A stretch of 46,205 nt of DNA from Octopus bimaculoides (lineage: Eukaryota): the NCBI RefSeq assembly GCF_001194135.2, contig NC_068982.1:167750355-167796559 (forward strand), written 5' to 3'. Below, piece by piece: positions 1 through 10,570 of this stretch. Within the stretch, counting starts at the first letter, position 1; each line of letters begins with the position of its first letter. The position numbers and the translations under genes were made by a program. The notes below the pieces were generated by a model. The model saw only the letters and a program-made list of their open reading frames with translations. It searched no databases and had not been told where the DNA came from.

Positions 1-39
1 TATATATATAAGCATCATAATCCTTTAAAAGTTCATGCT

Positions 40-275
40 AACATGATTTTTCCATGCTTGCATGGGTTGGACGGTGTATACCGAGTCAGATTTTCTACGG
101 TAGGCTGCCTTTTCTTTCGCCAACCGTTCCCTGTTTCCAAGCAAGGTAATAATTTCCCTTTGCCAGACATGTTTTAGTAGAATATTAGAAATGAATGACA
201 TTGTTTCTTAACAGCGACACTCATTTACAACTACCAAGTGATGTCAAGACAAAGGAGACAAGAAGATACATACAC
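40..275 (-). mobile_element. SINE-like or non-autonomous retroelement with an RTE-type 3' tail
   Basis: ttccatgcttgcatgggttggacgg...tttctacggtaggctgccttttctttcgccaacc resembles the tail of the RTE fragment at 25674-25780. It is followed by a unique body and a (CA)n tract. Confidence 0.55.
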
Positions 276-276
276 G

Positions 277-314
<38 letters not shown>

Positions 315-509
315 TTCACTCACTCACTGACACACACGCACGATCTCATACGTACATGAGTATCATGTAAGACATATTCTATACTGACAGAAGTACGTGT
401 GATTCTCTGATAGGTTTTTCAAAGTACGCCTTAAAGATTAACAATCTAGTATATCGGAAACTACTATTGCTTTCTTTTTACCTAATCTATATTCTCTTTT
501 TTCATAGGA

Positions 510-549
<40 letters not shown>

Positions 550-1628
550 GGCGCACGCGCACACATACACACGCATGCATACACGCACACACGTTTCAGG
601 TGGTGACAAGTTCAAAAGAAGCTATGTCATGCCACTTAGAATGTAGAGCTCAACGATAATTCTGAGAGTTAATAATATAAAGTCAGCTGGAATCGGTTTC
701 TCCATAGCTGGCTTTCACGGGCCACAAAATTTATGTCTTGATCATCCAACCCCGATAAAAGCCAACTCTCGAGCGAATGAAATGAGAGCAATCATTCCGA
801 TAAGATTTTAGTGTACTATAACCATGGTTAATAGAAATATCAGGACCAGTAACTCTTTTGTAATGAGTCATGTCTCATGATAGTCATGAATTATATTGAT
901 GGACACAATGTCACAGACCATATGCCCTTAATAACGATAATTTAAGTATTCAGAATTATAATATTTACGTATTCAATTATGATTTATGAATGCAATAAAT
1001 CAATGAAAGGAAAAAAAAGAAAAGAAAAAAACTGAGTTCTGCAGCCGTCTAAAATAGAAAGCAGAATATTTTATACTCTCAAAAACTAACACGTGATTTT
1101 CGCTTTATCTTGATATGTTATTCTTGAAGAATTGTTGAAAAATAGAATGAATATTTATGAAGATTTTTTTGAAAGTTAATTTACGTGTGTGCTAACGAAG
1201 AAATTTCATTGATTACATTTATTTCTGCAAGGACATAAAAAGAGAAGATAAAATATTGAATATTTCAGCTGAAGGTCATAAGTTCTTCTTTTAGTATTCC
1301 TGTTACTTGAGTTTTTTTATCAATAGAAAATATGTAATGGAAACTAATGCTATTGTTGTTGCAAGCCTCAGGCTAGTCTTGGTAAAAGGAGATTTAGACG
1401 TTACTATTTTTTTGTTGCGTTAGGCAAAGGGTAGGATGCCGAAAAGGTGGTCAGGCCTGTTTGCATCTACAGGGGTACGCAAAACATTTTGCAATAGCAC
1501 GATACATGTTACCAATCCTTACCCATTCGCGAGTGCCAACGGGCACTGTATGTCTGTGGGTGAGAGATAGACATTTTCAGTGAAGAACAAGTTTGGCAAG
1601 GTTTGAATATATATATATAACAATAAAT

Positions 1629-1808
1629 ACAAAACCAAAGGTCGAAACTTTGAATGCATTTAAAACACGTGTATAAAAAAGTTATGTAAGATAATCCTGA
1701 TATAACACAACCTCTTCAGTATATTTTGAAATGTCAGCAGAAAATATTTTATTACGGGTTTATTTTAAATGTATTAAATGCATTCAAAACATCAACCTTA
1801 GATTTTGT
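1629..1808. repeat. Degenerate inverted repeat pair (possible MITE relic)
   Basis: 1629-1666 and the reverse complement of 1771-1808 match at 31 of 38 positions by manual alignment, with a 104-bp spacer. Confidence 0.55.
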
Positions 1809-1961
1809 GTTTGTTCTGATATTTCACGGCTTTTCCCCATAATAACCTAGACTGTTTGGATAATACGATTTAACACAAAAAGGGTATAGGAGTGTGATAT
1901 TTAACTGAACCCTGATCCTGATAAAATAAATTCTGGTAAAGTACATCGAAGCCGCTATCTC

Positions 1962-1970
1962 CTGCTGCTG

Positions 1971-2027
<57 letters not shown>
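1962..2027. repeat. (CTG)n/(CTA)n microsatellite
   Basis: Directly visible trinucleotide run. Confidence 0.95.
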
Positions 2028-2110
2028 TATATTTATGCATGTATGTATATATGCAGATAATTACATAATGTATATATACATTATTTATATGATATATATA
2101 TATCGTGAAT

Positions 2111-2416
2111 GTGCGTGACTTAGTGGTTAGAGTATTCGGTTCACGTGAGTTCCATTCCCACCGTCGCATTCTGTCCTTGAGCAAGACACTTTATTTCATG
2201 TTGCTCCAGCACACTCAGCTGGCAAAAATAAGTAGTAACTGTATTTCAAAGGACCAGTCTTGTCACACTCTGTGTCACACTGAATCTCCCTGAGAACTAC
2301 GTTAAGGGCACACGTGTCTGTGAAGTGCTCAGCCACATACACATTAATTTCACGAGCAGGATGTTCCGTTGATCGGATCAACTGGAACCCTTGTTGTCGT
2401 AACCGAAGGAGTACCA
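2111..2416 (+). mobile_element. tRNA-derived SINE, family C
   Basis: A-box-like gcgtgacttagtggttag and B-box-like gagttccattccc, then the core tgtccttgagcaagacactttatttca. No ORF. Related diverged copies lie at about 14990-15140 (+) and 22330-22535 (-). Confidence 0.75.
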
Positions 2417-3688
2417 GTTTTTACATATATTGTACACATGTATGTCTGTGTGAGCGAGTATGTATTTGCACAGACACCCAATGATTTCGGCGCAACTAAA
2501 CCCCACTCACATCATATGCATATAGAAAAGAAAAAGACGTGCGCAATAGGATCCAATCCATGTTCACATTTTTACGAAGCGATCGTTTTAACCATGCAAC
2601 AATACCGTCTTTTAAAGAGACAAACTCTATTAACCCTAGGATTGATTTATAAACAGCCAATTTCCAGGAGCAGTATGCAGTCTCGGAAAGGTTTCAGTGT
2701 TTTAATTAATTCCTTCAGGGATTTATAAATTATTAACTATATTTTTTTGAAGTCAATACACTGCATATTCTATCAGAACAAAAGCTTGTGCCTTATCAAT
2801 AGAAACCATTTATGAACAAAACATTTTCCCATACACTAAAATTTAGTTCAACAAAACTTGTAGGACCAACTTTATTTGAAGATATACATAAGCATTTTAT
2901 GATTTTCTATACTTCATTCTCAAAAAAATATTGGCAACTAATAATTACCTCACTCATTTTAATCCAAATATATTTAGTATTAGGGCCAGTGTAAAGAGAA
3001 TATGAAAGACGGTCATTTCATATATTTGCGATTTTAACAATTACAGGGAGGGAATATAGCTGAAATATTGTAAAGTCTAGATTCGGCGTATAAGCAAACA
3101 ATATTGTAATCATGTCTGAAGCAAAGTATGCAGTCGTATGATAGAGGCCGATTAAATTTGATACATTTCGATGTGTCTAATCTCTCTCCAAAACTACTAA
3201 TTTTTTTAGAATATCTGAACTTAATAAATTACAATTCAATAAAAATTTTGAAAGAACATTTGACAACTTCACTAGTTTAATCGTGTTCATTACATTACCG
3301 AAGACAAACACTGAAATGCTTTTCCAAAGAGCTGTCAAGGAAGCATTTTCATCCAGATAATTTACGGCAGCAAATACTTTCTCTCTCCTGTTTTCTCTCT
3401 CTCTTCCTCTCTCCCTCTCTCTCTCTTTCGTAAGGTATGTATATACATACATATGTCTGTCTATCTGTCTGTCTGTATATGTTAGGTCGCTCTTCAGGGC
3501 TACTGGTACCATGTAGTTCAGTCAACCTGTTCCATAGTCGGGTCGTCGGCGACTAAATTGAACAACCCGCGGGACAAAAAATAAGACCCGTCAAAGGGTG
3601 GAGGAACTACAAAATAGTCAACGGTCATTCAACTACGTGTGTTTGTGGAGTGTTTGTGTGTGTGTATGGTATATATTGCATTTTAAGC

Positions 3689-3732
<44 letters not shown>

Positions 3733-4287
3733 NNNNNNNNNNNNNNNNNNNNNNNNNNNNNNNNNNNNNNNNNNNNNNNNNNNNNNNNNNNNNNNNNNNN
3801 NNNNNNNNNNNNNNNNNNNNNNNNNNNNNNNNNNNNNNNNNNNNNNNNNNNNNNNNNNNNNNNNNNNNNNNNNNNNNNNNNNNNNNNNNNNNNNNNNNNN
3901 NNNNNNNNNNNNNNNNNNNNNNNNNNNNNNNNNNNNNNNNNNNNNNNNNNNNNNNNNNNNNNNNNGTCTTGTAGTTAGCCTTTGGTTGGGCAAAGACTGA
4001 GAGAAGGACACTATGATATAAAACCTGCGACTGCAAGTGCATCCAATGATGTCGACTTGCTCTTCTTTTTGGATCATACTTTGTAGTTTAGAGATTGGGA
4101 ATGGTTGCTATGTAAAACTTTTCCTCGCTTTAAAAAGTGTCAAGCACAGGTGTTGTTGGAGAGGAAAAAGAAATGGACATCCTGTATGTACATGGCTGCC
4201 CGAAGCTTAAGAAAGGCACATCTAAACAATGAAAGTTCATATTGATAATGAAGTAAATGGCAAAAAGGACTCTGGAACATTTGTCCT

Positions 4288-5370
4288 GTGGTCTGGCCCA
4301 GCAGGTGTCCAAGGGCACCACAGTCTGTATCCGGTCGTCATCCTGCAACTGTGATTAAACTCAAGTTAAGATGCAAGCCTATAAATATAGGATGCTGGAA
4401 TTTTCGAACGTTATTAGACAATGATTGTCTGAAATCTCGTCCAGCGAGAAGATCCGCGCTTGTTGCAAAAGAGTTACAGCGATATGATATGGATATTGTA
4501 TCATTAGCTGAAGCAAGAATTCATGGAAAGGGGAATTTCGTAGAGAAATCTGCTGGATATCATTTTCTTTTCGAGCAGTAGAAAGGTGACCTATTAGACA
4601 GAATCAGGAGTGGGATTTGCTATCAAAACCACTCTGGCTTCAAAACTTGAGGAAATACCATGTGGTCATTCGGATCGTTTAATGTCTTTAAGGCTGCCAT
4701 TAAGAAAAGGTCGCTATGCAACACTCATAAGTGCATATGCTCCAAATATGAATTCATCAGAGGATGATAAACTTGTCTTCTATCTATCACTTACAGAGAT
4801 TATACGCAGTATCCCCCATGATGACAAAGTTGTTATTTTGGGTGATTTTAATGCTCGCGTTGGTGCAGATTAGAAGACTTGGGGTGTCCTAGGAAAGCAT
4901 TGGGTTGGGAGTTCCAACAGTAATGGTTTGCTACTGTTACAAATTTGCGTAGAAATGGATTTGTGTGTCATGATGTTTCAATGATGTTTCAATGATGTTT
5001 CAATGATGTTTCATAATATTTCAATGTATTGACTAAAGAATAGGTATAAAACGACATGGATGCACCTTGGTTCTAAGAAATGGCATCTTATAGATTATAT
5101 CCTCACTGGAAACGAGATACTAAAGACTTTGCTATTGTACGAGTGATGCATGGTGCAGAGTGCTGGACTGATCATAGGCTTTTGCGTGCAAAGGGGAATT
5201 TTGTTGTCAAGCCTAAGGTTAGAGCAAATAATGTCAAATTATCTAAAGGGATTGACGTGAATGAACTGAAGATTCCGTCATTAGGCAGTGAGTTTGTGAG
5301 TGATGGAAGCTGGACGTCCTTCAAAGAAAGAGTGTATGAGATTTGTAGTAACATTCTTGGTTTGTAGTTA
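4288..5370 (+). mobile_element. RTE-clade LINE, 5' part (AP endonuclease domain), pseudogenised and 3'-truncated
   Basis: Successive frames give GRHPA...NIGCWNFRTLLD, ELQRYDMDIVSLAE, LISAYAP, VILGDFNARVG, TTWMHLGSKKWHLIDYIL and ECWTDHRLLR, the canonical APE motifs in RTE order. There are stops and frameshifts, and no RT domain follows. Confidence 0.9.
4970..5013 (+). repeat. Perfect 11-bp tandem repeat (ATGATGTTTCA)x4 inside the RTE relic
   Basis: Four identical consecutive units, read directly. Confidence 0.95.
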
Positions 5371-5493
5371 AAATATACCAAATACCAATGTGAACCTATT
5401 TGTTCTATCTTATTGTTGTGAAGTAAAAAGAGGGGACGCCGAGCCATTTCGGAGTTTTTTTACCACTTCTCAGAGGTCAACAAAGTCTGACAA

Positions 5494-5534
<41 letters not shown>

Positions 5535-5625
5535 AACATCTGTCTGTCTCTCACTTTCTTTCTCTTTCTATATATATTTACATATACATGGGTGTGTGTG
5601 TGTGTGTATTATATGTGTGTGTGTG

Positions 5626-5661
<36 letters not shown>

Positions 5662-8350
5662 TATGTGTGTGCGTTTGTGTGTCTGTGCATATGTAGTATA
5701 TGTGATTCCTACTCCATGTTTTTACTCCTCATTCAGCGTTGCACCGTCTTTTTTTCTTATCTCAGATTATCCTACCCCTCGGAGTCCATATTTCAATGTA
5801 CATCATCATCACCTGTGCTTCATTTGTTCCTTATGTATGTTTTTGGCTATCTTTAAATTGCTCTCTCATAAATTTTCTTCCTCTGTAGGTTTTATATAAA
5901 TCATCTCTCTACCTTTAATCAATTTCCCACTCTTTCCCTCACACACATGAACTTCACGTTTTGTTTGTTTCGTTCCTTCTCTTAAACACACGCTCTTTCT
6001 CTTTCTCGCTATTTCACATACACATATATAGACGTATGAAAACACATATACACGACATTTGTTTACACGATTACCGGAGTTGTTATTGGGCATTTTTTAT
6101 CGACAAAGTTTTTTACTAAACAAAATTTAACAGAAATCTGTAAACATTTACTGGCTCAAAACAGAAAAAAAAAAACTCAAAAAGAACGACGTCATGCGGC
6201 TTTTCCCAGACAGTAAAAAAAAAGGGATATCTTGAAAATTGAGAGTAAATATTTTGGACTGATATTGTAATTTTATTTTTATTATACAAAATACAACAAT
6301 GAGAATAAATTTTAAAAAATAAAAGGATTCACTATTATGCAAGATACAAAATTATTCAATAAAATATGTTTGTTATACAACTTAATGTGCTTGTGTGCAT
6401 AGTGAGTTCAACGTTACCGATTGGTCAAATGACTGATGTGCGAAATGTCTGTGACAATATATAAACTCAAATATATTCATAAAGACACGTAAATATGATT
6501 AGTGAATGAAATTTGGTTAGTTGTTATAAAAGTGCTAGAAGATGGCTATTTTTAATGTATTTTTAATGCAGATGCATAATTAAGTGCGATGTACATTAGT
6601 ATAGCGCTTTCATGTATGGGTCAGTTCCTACCCACATACATATGAGCGAACACACACACACACACGCACGCATGCATGAACATATACACTTTCACACAGG
6701 CGCGGACAAATGCATGCACTCGATGTTTCTATTATAAAATATAAACTGCCTCGGTGATATCAAAGACCAACTCACCCACACGCTATAATCACACACTTAC
6801 AGGCACGATGTTTGTCATGCCTGTTCCTTCTATCAACATTACATTGGTTTGTGTTCCACTCTGAAATATATCACCTTCAGTGTTTTCTCTACAAATCACC
6901 GATATTTAATACGTCCTCTTTTATTTAGCTTCAGATCAGCTGTAACCGAGCAGAGTGATAATAAAAGGCCATTCCATCCCTATCTGTTACCTCTTTTCAA
7001 TTTTAACCGGCATAAAACCACAAAGTTCAAATCCAGTACTGATACTTCATCAGTTAAACCTTAGCTTGCCCCATATTATTATTTGCAAGAAAGAGACCCT
7101 GCTCAATAAACTAGTGCTTTTAAAAGGAACATTTGTTTTTGAAAAGATAGGTATTACGGTCGTTGAAATTGTATGGAAGGGAAGAGACTTGAGTGCCCGT
7201 TACGGAAAATTTGGGAGAGCATGCGTGGTCACAGTTGTCACAACTTCAACTATGCCCACACGGACCAGTGAGCACGCCACTATTCGGTCGCTCTTAAACA
7301 GTATACTTATTGTAATATTGTGCAGAAGTAAGATGTAAATATCGTTGTTGATGAATTTCTAAACTACCAGTTAAAATTAATATATCTAGAGAGGAATTAT
7401 ATACAACCACTTTAGAATTTTAATCAGGTGTTTCGACCTGCTAAAAATAACAGCCATACATCTTTCAAAATCATCCTACTCTTTAAGAAAGGACACGACA
7501 TTTTCGTAATGTGGTCTTTAAATATATTGTGGTTGAAAAAACAAAAACAAAAACAAAAAAAACAGAAACAAAGACGGGATGGCTATGGCTTCAATGACTT
7601 TGATCAAGGTCTCCTTGAACAATGCAAACCTAGAACGAACAACAACAACAACACCAACAGCAATAACAACAACAACAACAGCAGCAACAGTAAAAACCAA
7701 TACTTTCACTTTCTAGCCATACATACACACGTGCACTGACATACACTTAAGTGGATGTACAGAAGATACATACGCAGTAACCTACATAACAGAATGGATG
7801 TCTGTCGAAATTACAAAATAGCAGCAATAAAATAGTAATCTTTCCATAGAATTCCAACAAATCACTTTAACCATTTTAGAACCGTCTTATTTCCTTTAGA
7901 AAATGTCTTAAGAAATATAATAAAAGGAAGATAAATGATCAAAAGACTACAAGAAAATAGATGTTCTTGAGCTCTGCTGGGCTATGATTGAATTTTAGCA
8001 TCCACTTTTCTTTGCTTCTTCCACTGAATTTTTCTCACTTTTCTCATTTTTTTTTCTTTTTTTCTTTCTTTCACTTATTCCCTCAATATTTTTCTTTATT
8101 TTAGTTATACATTGTTTACTTTTTATTTCAATCCTTTCTTTCATTTCCTCCTTTCTGGCCCCTCTCTCTCTAACCCACCTTTCTCTTTCGTTACTTTCTT
8201 TCTTTCTTTCTTTCTTTCTTCTAATTTTTCATGTTTTATACAACTGCAGTGCTGTCCACTCTCTCACAGACAACCACAGCAATCTCACCCTCTGTCTATC
8301 ATCTAACTCTTTTATTTTGTTGAAATCAGAGTCTCTATGATTTATTGCAG

Positions 8351-8519
8351 AAAAGCACTGTGGAGAACGCTATCAAGAAATACAACAACCCCAATATTCG
8401 TTGGTCAACTCAAGGAATGTTGCGTTTGAGTACTGAGGAAATGCAACGTTTGTTTAAACCGACACTAACACGAATTAGTGAGGCGATTGGAAATATTCTT
8501 AACAATCCTGATGCCCGAG
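8351..8519 (+). CDS. HSPA12: HSPA12-like (heat shock 70 kDa protein 12A/B) internal coding exon, third from last
   Basis: Pyrimidine-rich acceptor ending tttattgcAG at 8350 and donor cgag|GTaggt at 8520. The exon is 169 nt (phase 0 to phase 1) and reads KSTVENAIKKYNNPNIRWSTQGMLRLSTEEMQRLFKPTLTRISEAIGNILNNPDAR. This matches the HSPA12 motif W-S-[ST]-QGMLR...LF.PT as I recall it. A and B paralogs cannot be distinguished. Confidence 0.9.
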
Positions 8520-8771
8520 GTAGGTTAAACACTTCAATGTTGCAGTTTGTGTTGTATTACTTTAAGATTTTCCTATTAGTCAACGATGTCAGGCATAGGA
8601 AATCTTAAACATCCAAACCTGCGACCTACTTTTTCTGCTTTTCAGCTGGAGCATTTCTCCTAATCGCTAATGTCGTTAATGCCCATGAGAAAAGACATAA
8701 ACGTGCTGCTTATTCTTTTCTCCATTCTCTTAAAAGAGAAACAGTAAGTAGTCTTTAAGACGCGTTCAGAT

Positions 8772-8786
8772 ATAATAATAATAATA

Positions 8787-8854
<68 letters not shown>

Positions 8855-8885
8855 AATAATGATAATAATAATAATGATAATAATG

Positions 8886-8923
<38 letters not shown>
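8772..8923. repeat. (AAT)n microsatellite with occasional GAT units
   Basis: Directly visible. It resumes at about 9043-9075, before a gap. Confidence 0.95.
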
Positions 8924-9042
8924 CCAAATATATGGTACCCTAGGCATAACACCTACATGAACTTCTAACTTGTTGTCTCTTGAGGTCTCTGGGTGAGACT
9001 TGGATCCAACTTGTACAAATGCAAAACAAAAGTCAAACATAA
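8924..9042 (+). mobile_element. Probable 3' UTR stub of a TAA-targeting RLE LINE (R4/Dong-like)
   Basis: About 120 bp of unique sequence is embedded between two (TAA)n tracts and runs directly into (TAA)n. An RLE-LINE coding fragment lies across the next gap. The family assignment is inference. Confidence 0.45.
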
Positions 9043-9900
9043 AATAATAATAATAATAATAATAATAATGATAATNNNNNNNNNNNNNNNNNNNNNNNNN
9101 NNNNNNNNNNNNNNNNNNNNNNNNNNNNNNNNNNNNNNNNNNNNNNNNNNNNNNNNNNNNNNNNNNNNNNNNNNNNNNNNNNNNNNNNNNNNNNNNNNNN
9201 NNNNNNNNNNNNNNNNNNNNNNNNNNNNNNNNNNNNNNNNNNNNNNNNNNNNNNNNNNNNNNNNNNNNNNNNNNNNNNNNNNNNNNNNNNNNNNNNNNNN
9301 NNNNNNNNNNNNNNNNNNNNNNNNNNNNNNNNNNNNNNNNNNNNNNNNNNNNNNNNNNNNNNNNNNNNNNNNNNNNNNNNNNNNNNNNNNNNNNNNNNNN
9401 NNNNNNNNNNNNNNNNNNNNNNNNNNNNNNNNNNNNNNNNNNNNNNNNNNNNNNNNNNNNNNNNNNNNNNNNNNNNNNNNNNNNNNNNNNNNNNNNNNNN
9501 NNNNNNNNNNNNNNNNNNNNNNNNNNNNNNNNNNNNNNNNNNNNNNNNNNNNNNNNNNNNNNNNNNNNNNNNNNNNNNNNNNNNNNNNNNNNNNNNNNNN
9601 NNNNNNNNNNNNNNNNNNNNNNNNNNNNNNNNNNNNNNNNNNNNNNNNNNNNNNNNNNNNNNNNNNNNNNNNNNNNNNNNNNNNNNNNNNNNNNNNNNNN
9701 NNNNNNNNNNNNNNNNNNNNNNNNNNNNNNNNNNNNNNNNNNNNNNNNNNNNNNNNNNNNNNNNNNNNNNNNNNNNNNNNNNNNNNNNNNNNNNNNNNNN
9801 NNNNNNNNNNNNNNNNNNNNNNNNNNNNNNNNNNNNNNNNNNNNNNNNNNNNNNNNNNNNNNNNNNNNNNNNNNNNNNNNNNNNNNNNNNNNNNNNNNNC

Positions 9901-10068
9901 CCCACCAGAAATTACCAAAAACACATAATGAAAAGAAATATAACAAGTAACTGTAGAATATGTGGAGATCGACAAGAAACAATAAATCATATTATCTCTG
10001 GCTGCCCAGTCCTGGCTAAGAAGGAATATATTCACAGACACGACAGAGCTGGGACATGCAACCTTTAA
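9901..10068 (+). mobile_element. RLE-type non-LTR retrotransposon fragment (CCHC zinc knuckle; R4/Dong-like)
   Basis: The frame starting at 9901, which the ORF track misses, reads PTRNYQKHIMKRNITSNCRICGDRQETINHIISGCPVLAKKEYIHRHDRAG. This is C-X2-C-X8-H-X4-C followed by RHD, typical of the region before the RLE nuclease. Confidence 0.85.
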
Positions 10069-10130
10069 AATACATCGTACATATTCAAAGAACCTTCTTG
10101 GTTTCGTGGTACGGAACGTTCTTCCGGTAT

Positions 10131-10270
10131 TCTTTTCTTTGCTTCAGTCATTTGACATTGGCCATGCTGAAGCATCAGCCTTTAGTCGAAGAGATCAACC
10201 CCTAGACATATTCTCTGTAAGCGTGGTGCTTATTCTATCAGTTTCTTCTGCCGGGGACGCAAACACACAC
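10131..10270 (-). mobile_element. SINE family A, 3' tail fragment
   Basis: ttcagtcatttgacattggccatgctgaagca...tttagtcgaagagatcaaccc matches 18865-18945. Confidence 0.75.
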
Positions 10271-10286
10271 ACATAAAAATATAATG

Positions 10287-10334
<48 letters not shown>

Positions 10335-10510
10335 CACACACACACAGATATATATATAAATTATACAAGAATAAGGGCAGGGAATCGTCAATTAGTAATA
10401 GAATTAATAATTAACAATTTGTAGTTTAGAATCAGTAATTCTTTGACTGCTATTTCTAAATTTTCAGTATGTTGGAGAAGCAACTCAATGCTAATCCCTG
10501 TATATTTATG

Positions 10511-10570
<60 letters not shown>

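Noticed and set aside
2111-2165. tRNA-like A/B-box sequences here and at 14264, 17771, 38428, 43050 and about 45350
   Set aside because: They lack a complete cloverleaf and continue into repeat bodies, so they are SINE heads and not tRNA genes.
3598-4077. Long ORFs running through N-gaps (also at 8660-10041, 16101-17012, 18168-18686, 30726-31077, 32189-32829, 39794-40582 and 43128-43844)
   Set aside because: Their length comes from X residues and flanking dinucleotide repeats, so they are not evidence of coding.
1-8350. Search for the preceding HSPA12 exon (expected AWVDLM..FE.RK / LPFSF-like motifs)
   Set aside because: Not recognised by eye. It probably lies upstream of the window or, less likely, in the gap at 3733-3965.
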